From contig JAITFR010000214.1 of assembly GCA_031281255.1 (NCBI GenBank), forward strand, positions 7,996 through 71,995: a stretch of 64,000 nt of DNA, written 5' to 3'. Source of the stretch: Oscillospiraceae bacterium. Lineage in GTDB: Bacteria > Bacillota > Clostridia > Oscillospirales > Oscillospiraceae. The translations under genes were made by a program, and so were the position numbers. The notes beneath the pieces are model-generated. The model worked only from the letters and a program-made list of their open reading frames with translations. It was not told where the DNA came from and made no database searches. Below are positions 1 to 9,495 of this stretch, one piece after another (position 1 is the stretch's first letter; every line of letters begins with the position of its first letter).

Positions 1-141
1 TATTAACATCTTTTATCTACAAGATATTGTGAAAATTATTTTTAAAACTATAATAATATTTTATATGCTATATTATTAGGTGACAGTAGGTTTGATAATT
101 ATAATGAATGTACTTGTCATTGTCTCATATGATGCATTGTG

Positions 142-170
142 TTGAAAACCGCAAAGTAATCTTATATACT
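142..170 (+). promoter_or_regulatory. Candidate sigma-A type promoter (TTGAAA - 17 nt - TATACT) upstream of the 215..1102 CDS
   Basis: Hexamers read directly from the sequence. SD-like GAGGTG lies 7 nt before the GTG start at 215. Confidence 0.3.
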
Positions 171-214
171 ATATATGATTTGTGGATATCGCATAATGAG
201 CGAGGTGAAAAACT

Positions 215-1102
215 GTGGGTGTAATAAATACCAATAATCAAAAAAGTAGCACTTTCAAAGATGCTTTCAAAACTATCAAAGATAGTATTACAATCGCAGG
301 AATGGTTTTGCTCGCCGGAATCATCGGCAATTTTATAGCATATGTATATAAATTAGGATATTTCCATGGCTTTAATATTCCATTTTCGTTGATTCATATA
401 TCTGTGTACGAAGCTGTTTTATACTCGTGTGTTTCTCTCTTATATGCTATTTCATTTCTTTTCATTTTCCTAGTTGGAAAACCTAGGAAAAAGGAGCTTG
501 ATAAATTTTTTAAAAAAGAAAGACATTCAAAATCTCAGCTTTATATACTTAATGTAATTAATATAATGTTTATTGCAATTGTTTTTGGTTTCATTTTATT
601 TTTTATAACATCAAACTTGTTATTTGCTATTGCATTCCCTGTAGTTTTGGCACTTACACAATTTATCATTTTTGCTAGTAACAGCTCAGGAAAAGAAAAC
701 ATAAATGTAAGAACATCCATAGAAACTCAGATAGTTGATTTCAAAAGTAAATTTCCTGATATAGAGCTTCCGTCAAAAGATGAGTTGGTTGAAGAGCAGA
801 ATATAAGAGAAGACTCAATTAAAAAGGCTGCGACTATCATCATAGTTACCCTTCTTTTTGCTGGGATTATTTTTGGTATAGGATTCTTAGGATACTCCAT
901 CAGCGGAAATCAGACAGGTTTTACGGTCATAAATACCGAAAAGAGTAGTTTTTTAGTTGTTGCTGAGGGCAGTGATTACTATATATGTAATCACTATTAT
1001 GAGGGTATGAATGAGATAACACCGGAATATTTTATAGTACATAAAAACGATGTCATAAGCATCTGGCAAGTGGAGTTGAAAAGGTATGTCATGAATAGGT
1101 AG
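215..1102 (+). CDS. Multi-pass membrane protein of unknown function
   Basis: 295-aa ORF with a GTG start preceded by GAGGTG. It has several long hydrophobic segments. I recognise no family motif. Confidence 0.55.
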   Translation: MGVINTNNQKSSTFKDAFKTIKDSITIAGMVLLAGIIGNFIAYVYKLGYFHGFNIPFSLIHISVYEAVLYSCVSLLYAISFLFIFLVGKPRKKELDKFFKKERHSKSQLYILNVINIMFIAIVFGFILFFITSNLLFAIAFPVVLALTQFIIFASNSSGKENINVRTSIETQIVDFKSKFPDIELPSKDELVEEQNIREDSIKKAATIIIVTLLFAGIIFGIGFLGYSISGNQTGFTVINTEKSSFLVVAEGSDYYICNHYYEGMNEITPEYFIVHKNDVISIWQVELKRYVMNR

Positions 1103-1490
1103 AGCGGTAAAAGCATCTCAATTACTGTTCAAATTTTTGCCTTTCAATTCGGACAGATAGTGATTTTTATTATACCACAATCTAATGGCAGATTACAGAA
1201 AAAACTTCAACTCTTTTTTGAATTTGAGACAATATGTAGTGACCACACAGTTGCAAAACGTGGATTAACCTGTATATTAAAATCACAAAGAATGGTAACA
1301 GGGTTGCCATAATACATAAGGAGGTTACTACAATGACAAGTATTTTCTATTGGTCAGAAGATCTAAATCTATTTTTACTTGATGGACTTCGAGTGGTCAA
1401 AATGACCACTCGAAAATGAATACTGCAAACAAATTATTAGATGTGATGCCGAAATGGTAAAAGTTGAAGATGGTATGTTAAAAATGCAGA

Positions 1491-1598
1491 TTATTTTATA
1501 GAGCTCACAGGGTTTGTCGGGTGCTTTTCATCAATAGGATTATATAGTAGCTCACCATAAACAGTTCCACCAGACGATGCATATATAATCTCCCCCGT
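1491..1598 (-). pseudogene. Remnant of an extended-SDR NAD-dependent sugar epimerase/dehydratase gene
   Basis: Minus-strand translation gives TGEIIYASSGGTVYGELLYNPIDEKHPTNPVSSIK then a stop. This matches the conserved SSxxVYG ... E.HP..P core of GalE/RmlB-like enzymes but lacks the N-terminal Rossmann part and the YxxxK region. A possible further fragment (YGNPVTI) lies near 1296-1313 at roughly the expected spacing. Confidence 0.5.
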
Positions 1599-1601
1599 GA
1601 T

Positions 1602-2570
1602 TCATTTTCTCAACAACACTATCTCTCTAATACCATAAGGTAATTTTATTAAGTCTGAGAGCTTGTTATCAATATTAAATAATACCTTCATAAACATATT
1701 GCACGATAACTCTACATCACTTTGCATACGGTCGAACTTGTCCTTAGCCTTGTTATGTATCACACGATTTATCTTCTTTTTCAAAGCAAAAGGCAGATAC
1801 ATAAAACTATTAAGAAATCGTCTTTTAACAACGCTAAAACCAACACTTTGAGCTTTACTAACAAGCTCATTTTTTCCATATCTTCTTATATGCAACACTG
1901 ATTCATCATAATAATCATATAGTTTAGCTCCATAAGGCACGGCAATACATGCTATACCATTTGGCTTTAATACTCGGTTAAATTCGCTGAGTGCTTTTAT
2001 ATCATCTTCAATATGCTCAAGAACATTTAAACATATTATACAATCAAGGAAATTGTCCGGAAATGGTATTTTTGTTATATCGAATTTAAATAATAAATAC
2101 TCCGGTTTATTATTATGTAACATTACTAAACTACTATCAACTATGTCAACACCAATTAATATTGGCTCATGCAACTCATTTTCAATTTTGCTTAGCATAT
2201 ATCCGGTAGAACAACCAAAATCGCAAATAAAAAGTTGACAACCCACACCCTGTGTGTCAAAATATCCCTTGATGTATTCTATAACTATAGAATGTTCTTT
2301 TAATTCAAGTGGATGAGTTTTAAAATCAGAGTCATAAAATACAGAATTAAGCGAATCTGACCAGTTTGATTGCTTTTTAAATTGATTATCAAACTCATAA
2401 AATGGTCTTCTTATTACTTCGGTAGATTCAGAAAGATTCGTATTTATGATTGTATCAGTTTCCAGTTCGTTGTGTTTCTCAATTATTTCTGCGACATTTT
2501 TAATTGATAATACTTTTTGTGACAATTTATTAGTACTACTTTCTATTAATAATATACGGTATATTATCAC
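1602..2570 (-). CDS. Class I SAM-dependent methyltransferase
   Basis: Motif I-like LFICDFGCSTGYM and the downstream IICLNVLEHIEDD and LKPNG segments are typical of Methyltransf_11/23-type enzymes. Confidence 0.8.
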   Translation of the reverse strand: MIIYRILLIESSTNKLSQKVLSIKNVAEIIEKHNELETDTIINTNLSESTEVIRRPFYEFDNQFKKQSNWSDSLNSVFYDSDFKTHPLELKEHSIVIEYIKGYFDTQGVGCQLFICDFGCSTGYMLSKIENELHEPILIGVDIVDSSLVMLHNNKPEYLLFKFDITKIPFPDNFLDCIICLNVLEHIEDDIKALSEFNRVLKPNGIACIAVPYGAKLYDYYDESVLHIRRYGKNELVSKAQSVGFSVVKRRFLNSFMYLPFALKKKINRVIHNKAKDKFDRMQSDVELSCNMFMKVLFNIDNKLSDLIKLPYGIREIVLLRK

Positions 2571-2665
2571 AATTTCTATATAAACTCAACATTCAAAACA
2601 CGAAAAATCAATTACACTTGAAAACGATTAAAATACAAATAAAACAATTTTTAGGGAGTATCTAA

Positions 2666-3604
2666 ATGGGCAAACAACCAATATATTCGGTCGTAATACC
2701 CTGCTACAATGAACAAGAGGTTATAACAGAAACATATAACAGACTCACAAAAGTTATGAAAGACTTAAATGAACCTTATGAGCTTATATTTGTAAATGAT
2801 GGAAGTAAAGATGATACTGCAAATATAATATCTACGTTTTGCGAAACAGACTCTTCTGTTAAGTTAATTAACTTTACGCGAAACTTTGGTCATATGCCTG
2901 CTATATCAGCAGGTATGGAAAAATCCAAATGTCAAGCTATCTTTATAATTGATGCAGATTTACAAGACCCACCTGAAATATTTCCGGAAATGATAGAAAA
3001 ATGGAAAGAAGGGTATCATGTTGTTTATGGAAAACGAATAGAACGAAAAGGTGAATCCTTTGTAAAAAAACTCACAGCTAAAGTTTTTTATCGTTTTATA
3101 CGTAGTTTAACATCTATAGATTTACCACTTGATACAGGTGAGTTCAGGTTAATCGACAGAAAAGTATGTGATACTGTGAACAAACTGCCTGAAAAGAATC
3201 GATATATTCGCGGTCTGGTCAGTTGGGTAGGTTTTAAGCAGATTCCGGTAGAGTATGTGCGTGATGAACGATTTGCCGGCGTCACAAAGTACCCGTACCG
3301 TAAATTATTAATACTCGCAATGGACGGAATTACATCATTTTCGTATAAACCTTTAAAAATAGCCACAACATTTGGAATAATTATATCGATTGCCAGTTTT
3401 CTTTATATACTGTATGTACTATATCATTATTTTTTCAATGATATTGCTATACAAGGTTGGGTATCAATAATGGCTGCAATCTTGCTAACGCAGGGGATTA
3501 TGTTCATTATACAGGGTTTAACGGGTGAATATATAGGCAGAATATACACAGAGTTACAAAACCGCCCAACATATATTATTCAGGAAATTGTTGGAGAAGA
3601 TTAG
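2666..3604 (+). CDS. GT2 polyprenyl-phosphate glycosyltransferase (GtrB/CsbB/ArnC-like)
   Basis: YSVVIPCYNE, FVNDGSKDDT and IDADLQDPPE motifs plus two C-terminal TM helices. This is the classic architecture of bactoprenol-phosphate sugar synthases. Confidence 0.9.
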   Translation: MGKQPIYSVVIPCYNEQEVITETYNRLTKVMKDLNEPYELIFVNDGSKDDTANIISTFCETDSSVKLINFTRNFGHMPAISAGMEKSKCQAIFIIDADLQDPPEIFPEMIEKWKEGYHVVYGKRIERKGESFVKKLTAKVFYRFIRSLTSIDLPLDTGEFRLIDRKVCDTVNKLPEKNRYIRGLVSWVGFKQIPVEYVRDERFAGVTKYPYRKLLILAMDGITSFSYKPLKIATTFGIIISIASFLYILYVLYHYFFNDIAIQGWVSIMAAILLTQGIMFIIQGLTGEYIGRIYTELQNRPTYIIQEIVGED

Positions 3605-5135
3605 CGGTTTGAGTATCAGCGTATATTAATGTGCTTTCATTTTCATATATTAATACATAATTACCAAAATAATCATAAAAATTGTACGAATTACGAAGAA
3701 TTTCTCTATCAGTTACTAATATTGGTTTAAACTCGTCAACTAAAAGTTCAAGTTTATCGCCAAAATCTCTGTATACATAAAACCATGATGACCCAAACAT
3801 AGTCATATTTGTAATATTAGTAGGAAAAGTAATTGCAAGTAATGGGTATTTTGAATAGTTTAGAAATTGCTTATCAGGGAAACTCATGTTTAAAAATTCA
3901 ATATATGAAAAGTAATCTAAATAAAATTCATATACTTCTTGACTAGTCCGAATACCATTTAAATGAAATCCATAATCTATTTTAACAAATTCTTTTTTAT
4001 TCATTTCTAACACACTTAAAGAAGTATTAACTCTTCTTGGTATTTGATTAGGAAGAAGTGGAGTTAAGACTATAAGCATTGTCAAAATAATTGCAATAAT
4101 ATTGTTTAGTTTAAACTTTTTTAGAAATAATAAAATTGCATAAACTAATATACCAAACATAAGTCCTGTAGCCCAATATGCATGACTCGGACAAAACATA
4201 GGATAATACTGATGCCATGAAGATAGTGCAACAATCAAAAATCCAAACAACATCATTTCTTTTTTTGTTGCATATTCACATACATTAATTCGATATTTAC
4301 TATAATGTAATTTCTTAAAGAAAAACATAAAAAACAAAATCAAAGATACAATTGGTAATACTCTCCATATTATTGGACCAGTAAAAAATAATGATATAAA
4401 AAGATTTGGATTGTTATCAGTCCAATACCATTCACCGGTTATACCAAACCTAATTGCCTTATCTATTGATTGGATGTACCAATCATACAATGCTCCATTA
4501 ATAAGTAAATACATTGTATAAATAGCTATTATAGAAAATACTCCTATAAAATAAAAACATAATGTTTTCCAAAACTTAATAGTTCACTCTTTTACAAACA
4601 ACGCATAAACTATAAGGAATATTATCACTGCAAGAAACAAAGTGCCACCAACTGCTTGCCTTGTATAAAATGATACAGCTGTCATTACTCCAAGAAGAAG
4701 TAACTTAGTTATACTTTCTTTGTTTATATAACTATAGAGTATAAAAATGATAATCAATGTAAACACCATAGTAAAAACTGATGACCATGGGTAAAAAAAT
4801 TCTGTATAAAATGGAGCCATTGCAATAAACAAGACTACAGATAACATAGTTGCTGCTTTTGGTAAGAAGTGTCTCCATAATTTATATAGTAAAAATACTG
4901 ATACTGCATACATAAATGCTGTTTGTATTTGTAGAACAAGCAGTTCCGCACCAAATATCCAAAGTGCTAAAGCTTGAAAATATGTGTAAAAAGCTCCATA
5001 CATTGAATATGTATCACGATATAACACCATCCCATTTAACACGTCAATAGCTGGTTTTAATACCATTCCTTGATGATGTGGGTCTATGTTAATTCTTGCA
5101 AATGAAGAAGCTATAACAAACATTATTAAAGCCAT
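3576..5135 (-). pseudogene. GT-C (ArnT/PMT-like) polytopic membrane glycosyltransferase interrupted by one in-frame TGA at 4584-4586
   Basis: ORFs 4584..5135 and 3576..4514 are in the same frame. The 23 codons between them (TIKFWKTLCFYFIGVFSIIAIYT) contain no stop and look like a TM helix. The first ATG also falls inside the predicted first TM helix. Confidence 0.6.
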
Positions 5136-5250
5136 TGTTATAGCTAGAATATTATCTATTGTAATTACCCTTTTTTTAACTTATTTTAGCATCTTTTTTA
5201 GTTTATCTCTTAAATCATTCAATTTGTGTAGTACATTTCTCTATATTAAC

Positions 5251-5886
5251 TCACTTCGGCTTAACTTCTCCAAAAAAATGTTCTTCTAATGCTAAACATA
5301 ACGCATGGTATATCGGTACGTGCAACTCTTGGATTTTGTAAGTTTCTGTTTCTGGCACATTAATAACAATATCTGATAATGGCGCCAGTTTACCGCCACA
5401 TAAACCAGTAAGTGATATGACTTTTAAACCTTTAGCTTTAGCAACCTCTGCTGCATACAATATATTAGCTGAGTTTCCGGTTGTACTGATTGCAATCAAT
5501 ACATCTACATTTTTACCGTAACCAAACACTTGTTGAGCAAAAATAAGTTCAGAATCAGCATCATTAATATACGCTGTTATAAGGCTGACATTATTTACAA
5601 GACTAATTGCAGGAAGAGTTCTTTGTAGATTTTCGTTTAAGTAATCAGAAAATACACGTTCATCTTCTGTTAATTTTCTTGGTAGATTAAAGGATTTCAT
5701 AAGTTCACCCACGATATGTAAAGAATCTGCAGAACTACCGCCATTACCGCATATTAAAACTTTACCATCTTTTTCATAACAGTTTACTAATTTATTAAAC
5801 GCACTATGAATTTTTTCTTTAATGCTAATAAGAGTTGGGTATCGCTCAAATAATGAACCAAATATTTCTTTAGTTGCTAATCGCAT
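5251..5886 (-). CDS. gmhA: SIS-domain sugar-phosphate isomerase, GmhA (phosphoheptose isomerase) family
   Basis: CGNGGSSADSLH, ISTTGNSANI, KVISLTG..GGK and KIQELH align with the conserved GmhA blocks. Confidence 0.75.
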   Translation of the reverse strand: MRLATKEIFGSLFERYPTLISIKEKIHSAFNKLVNCYEKDGKVLICGNGGSSADSLHIVGELMKSFNLPRKLTEDERVFSDYLNENLQRTLPAISLVNNVSLITAYINDADSELIFAQQVFGYGKNVDVLIAISTTGNSANILYAAEVAKAKGLKVISLTGLCGGKLAPLSDIVINVPETETYKIQELHVPIYHALCLALEEHFFGEVKPK

Positions 5887-5913
5887 TGGTTTTCATCCTT
5901 TCCATATACACTA

Positions 5914-6873
5914 CTACTCTCCTTGTTGTATTTTATGATAATACTCATAATTTGCTAGTTGTTCATTAACAGTTGGTAATCGTTCTAATCCATCCCCGCT
6001 AAAGAAAGCATCTACTTCGCGATATAATCCTGGTTTAAACTCTATATCAATAGTATCGTCAATATGATATTTCTCAATAGCAACTGAACCTATTTTCTGA
6101 ATATGTAACTGTTCAAGTGGGCGGAAAATAAATCTTCGTTTTCTTGTAAGAATTTCCACACTCCATCTACCGGGAGCATTCCAATTCGCTTGGTATGAAA
6201 ATAATGCACCAATTTTTGATATACCTGCGCCTGAATAAATTCGAGTGCTGTCGTCATCAAACTTTATTCCTATAGATTTGGCAAAACAATTCATAATTTC
6301 CGGAAGCCCACCTAAGAAAAATGCCATATCCATAACATGTGACGAGTTGCAAATTAGTATATCTACACCATCAAATTTTTCATTCTCTTTAAATAAATGT
6401 AACCACTCTGTAAACTCAAAATTAAACGATGTTACACCGCCATCTTCTTTTATCAATCTTTCCGCAGTTAATGTTGATGAATAAAATCGTCGGTTATAAG
6501 CGATACGAACATCTGCTTCTGCATGATTTGCTACTTTATCAATGATATGAAGTTCTTCCCTATTTACTCCACCTGGTTTTTCTAATAATATTCTTTTTAC
6601 ACCTTTGTTTAATAAAACACAAGTAACATTAGCTAATTCAGAAAGACTAACTGATACAATCGCTGTTTCCGGTATCGAACACTCTAGTGCTTTATTAATT
6701 CCCCCTAGAAAAACATCTTCTCCAGTTGTTTTAGTGTATTCTTCTGCCGACAACTCTCCTCGCCCTATTGTTGTAAATGCGATTTTTTGTGCTTTTAAGA
6801 CTTTTGCGTAATATGCGGACATTAGACCAGCACCAACAAGCCAGTTCTTCTCTTTTATTATGTTATCTTGCAT
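5914..6873 (-). CDS. Gfo/Idh/MocA family NAD(P)-dependent oxidoreductase
   Basis: N-terminal Rossmann segment (LVGAGLMS) and the EKPG motif (LLEKPGG). The size is typical at 319 aa. Confidence 0.7.
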   Translation of the reverse strand: MQDNIIKEKNWLVGAGLMSAYYAKVLKAQKIAFTTIGRGELSAEEYTKTTGEDVFLGGINKALECSIPETAIVSVSLSELANVTCVLLNKGVKRILLEKPGGVNREELHIIDKVANHAEADVRIAYNRRFYSSTLTAERLIKEDGGVTSFNFEFTEWLHLFKENEKFDGVDILICNSSHVMDMAFFLGGLPEIMNCFAKSIGIKFDDDSTRIYSGAGISKIGALFSYQANWNAPGRWSVEILTRKRRFIFRPLEQLHIQKIGSVAIEKYHIDDTIDIEFKPGLYREVDAFFSGDGLERLPTVNEQLANYEYYHKIQQGE

Positions 6874-7832
6874 ATTGTCACCTCAGTTTTACTATTTTCA
6901 TTTAAATGACGAAGAAATGCTTCTAAATAAGGAATGTGTAGTTTAATAGACTCTTCATAACCTGGTAGCATACAATCTCCAGTTTCCATAAGTTGTTCTA
7001 TCAATATACCAGTTGATTGAACTGCATAAAGAAACGAAAACTCTACTGCTTCTGTTACATAATCTTTGCTTAGAAACGTCTTCTTCGCCTTATGATTATT
7101 TTCATCAATCTCATATTTATAGTTAAGGCTTTTTATTACAATTGTGCAAGATAGTTTATCTCCATCATGACAAGAAAGCAATATATTTTTGCATTTTTTT
7201 GAAACTCCTTTCATTGTTCCCAAAAACTCTATATATCCATCACGTTTGCTGTTAATATAGCCTTTCTCTAATTTAGATGCATTAAAAATAAAGCCGTCAG
7301 AATTTCTTGATATAAAAGCCAATATATCTAAAAAATGAACTCCATTACACCCTAATCCCCAGTTTACTCCGTTTACTTCAAAACTTTCAATTATTTCATC
7401 TTTCATATCTTCGTGGAGTTCTCTATAAAAATCAAACATACGGCGCGTACAGTTTACCCAAGCTTTACATGAGTGTTGTTCCAATAATTCGGATACCTCA
7501 GAATAGTCTTTTATTTCAGGGAAAAGAAACTTTTCTAGTATCATATACTTTACTTTACTGTTTTCTAATAATTCCTTAATTACTGTTTTTCGTGGACCTG
7601 ATGATGTTGCTATAATAACTATATCAAGCTCTTTAGGTAAGTTGCTTATACAGTTATAGGATTCTATAATGTTAATATGTGTATGTGACACACCGTTGTA
7701 TAACTTCATTGCTTTTTCTAATGACTCTTTTGATGTATCAACTAAGTGTATAGAAACTTGTCTTTTTATTTGAGCAACAGCTTGAAGATGACGACTGCCT
7801 ATTCCACCTACTCCTATGATTGCTATATGCAT
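6858..7832 (-). CDS. Gfo/Idh/MocA family NAD(P)-dependent oxidoreductase
   Basis: MHIAIIGVGGIGSRHL Rossmann start and an EK(F/P) motif (ILEKFLF). It overlaps the downstream paralogous oxidoreductase by 16 nt. Confidence 0.7.
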   Translation of the reverse strand: MHIAIIGVGGIGSRHLQAVAQIKRQVSIHLVDTSKESLEKAMKLYNGVSHTHINIIESYNCISNLPKELDIVIIATSSGPRKTVIKELLENSKVKYMILEKFLFPEIKDYSEVSELLEQHSCKAWVNCTRRMFDFYRELHEDMKDEIIESFEVNGVNWGLGCNGVHFLDILAFISRNSDGFIFNASKLEKGYINSKRDGYIEFLGTMKGVSKKCKNILLSCHDGDKLSCTIVIKSLNYKYEIDENNHKAKKTFLSKDYVTEAVEFSFLYAVQSTGILIEQLMETGDCMLPGYEESIKLHIPYLEAFLRHLNENSKTEVTICKIT

Positions 7833-7902
7833 TTATAGTTTACCTCAATTCTTACTAATAATAATTGTTATACAAATAACTTATCAAACTTAAACAATTT
7901 AC

Positions 7903-7931
7903 TTGCAATATCCTAACAAAAATAGTACTAT
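7903..7931 (+). promoter_or_regulatory. Candidate sigma-A promoter (TTGCAA - 17 nt - TACTAT) in the divergent intergenic region
   Basis: Hexamers read directly from the sequence. An 8-bp perfect inverted repeat (TTGCAATA at 7903-7910 and TATTGCAA at 7931-7938) brackets the element. Confidence 0.3.
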
Positions 7932-7989
7932 ATTGCAATTGTTATTTTATGTGATTCGTTTTTATAAAAATGTAAAGGAAGTATAATTA

Positions 7990-9324
7990 ATGATCAACAT
8001 GTTAAGGAGTTTCTATATAAATATTTTAGTCATTTTCTGCACACTAATTACATTTAAAGAGTTTTTTTACAAACTTTTGATAAGATTTAGAATTAATGAA
8101 AGATATACACCTTTTATAGATCTTTATAATGATGTTTTTAAAGAAAATAAAACAATTAGAGCAAATGATCTAAAAAAAATATACTCCTTTAAATATATGA
8201 ATAAAAAAGAACAAAAAATAACAGAAAAATTATGTGAGATTATTAATTTAAAAATATCAAGTAATGAATACAATCAATATATTGATTTATTTTTAAATGA
8301 GATTGAGAAACACAAAACTAAACTCTCTGTTTTATGGTTCTTAGACATTGAAACATTATCTATGTGCGGCGGTTTTTATGTGTTAGCATGGGATATTCGA
8401 CAGTTGTTAGAAACAAAATTAATAGAAAAATATGAAAACAAACAAAAGGTACATTTCTATGATACACGTAGACTGTTCTTATGTTATTTATATAAAGGTG
8501 ATTTAACAAAAGCAGAAGATGTTATAAAAAAAGCAAGTTATACATGGAAACAACGTCATGATGGATATTGGCAGTATATGTTAGCAATGACAAAAGCAAA
8601 GAATCTTGCTGACATTCCATCACTACTAAAAATGGAGAATAATAAAAATGATGATAAATACCATAACATAATTTTTGAAAAAAATATTGCAGTTTTTGGT
8701 CCTTCATCTAATGTATTGGATGTAGAGCAAATAAAAAAAGATTACGATGTGAAAATAATTATGACCTACCGTGGTGTTGAACATTTATCAGAGGTTTTAA
8801 AGAAATGTGGCATAGATGTATCATACTATAGTGTTTGGATGGGTATAAAATACACTGAGCCAATAATTCAATCTTTTCTATACGATTTAAAAATGGTTGT
8901 TTTTAAACAAATTAATAATGATAATCAAAAAGATATGATACAACAAGGTAGATCAAGAATGAGGTCAAAAAGAGATAATTGCTTGCTAATGCAAGGACAT
9001 GACTATCTAATACCATTGATTATAATGGATTTGCTACACTTTGCTCCATCTAGTATAAAACTGTTTAATTTAAATCTATTTCTACCTCATAAGAGCAGTG
9101 CATATAGAGAAGGTTATCTAGATTTAAATAATGTACCATTTGGTTTTGATAAAGGTAACAACCAGCTCAACCCTAGTAATTTTGCAATACATAATATTAT
9201 TAGTTACTATGAGTTATTAAAGTTTTGGTACACTCGAGGTTTCTTTGAAGCTGATGATGAACTATCAGAAATACTATCATTTGATACTAAAGAATACCTG
9301 CGTTTAATGGAGCAGTATTATTAA
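7990..9324 (+). CDS. Hypothetical protein; the C-terminal half has a GT42/CstII-like (sialyltransferase-like) motif pattern
   Basis: 444-aa ORF with an AAAGGAAG SD. The C-terminal half carries IAVFGPSSN...DYDVKII (compare IIAGNGPSL...DFDVFRCN in CstII) and a late FAIHNIISYYELLKF segment (compare YIGHSKNTDIKALEFL). The function is inferred only. Confidence 0.5.
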   Translation: MINMLRSFYINILVIFCTLITFKEFFYKLLIRFRINERYTPFIDLYNDVFKENKTIRANDLKKIYSFKYMNKKEQKITEKLCEIINLKISSNEYNQYIDLFLNEIEKHKTKLSVLWFLDIETLSMCGGFYVLAWDIRQLLETKLIEKYENKQKVHFYDTRRLFLCYLYKGDLTKAEDVIKKASYTWKQRHDGYWQYMLAMTKAKNLADIPSLLKMENNKNDDKYHNIIFEKNIAVFGPSSNVLDVEQIKKDYDVKIIMTYRGVEHLSEVLKKCGIDVSYYSVWMGIKYTEPIIQSFLYDLKMVVFKQINNDNQKDMIQQGRSRMRSKRDNCLLMQGHDYLIPLIIMDLLHFAPSSIKLFNLNLFLPHKSSAYREGYLDLNNVPFGFDKGNNQLNPSNFAIHNIISYYELLKFWYTRGFFEADDELSEILSFDTKEYLRLMEQYY

Positions 9325-9417
9325 TGTATGTTCATCTAGTAAATTATATGATAAAAATGTAGAAACTCAATTAGTAATTACAAAAGATACTTACTATTTC
9401 TTTTCATATAAAAACAT

Positions 9418-9446
9418 TTGATATTAATTGTGTCTTTTGTTAGTAT
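9418..9446 (+). promoter_or_regulatory. Candidate sigma-A promoter (TTGATA - 17 nt - TAGTAT) upstream of the NeuB-like gene
   Basis: Hexamers read directly from the sequence in the 156-nt gap before the synthase gene. Confidence 0.3.
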
Positions 9447-9495
9447 ATAGCAAGCTAATTTTTTAAACTACAAATTAATTGTGAGGTCAAAAATA

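Noticed and set aside
1333-1419. 28-codon ORF (MTSIFYWSEDLNLFLLDGLRVVKMTTRK) with a strong AAGGAGG SD and an internal perfect 9-bp hairpin (1390-1412)
   Set aside because: It lies inside the decayed epimerase region, has no recognisable motif, and its stop-proximal hairpin lacks a T-tract. It is most likely a chance ORF in pseudogene debris. Ribosome profiling would be needed to revive it.
4584-4586. In-frame TGA as selenocysteine or as evidence of a TGA-sense genetic code
   Set aside because: Several well-supported genes in the window terminate at TGA (for example at 12339, 14253, 1602 and 53425), so TGA is a stop here. The only hairpin just downstream of this TGA is a 5-bp stem with a 2-nt loop, which is not SECIS-like. 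No GT-C enzyme is known to need Sec.
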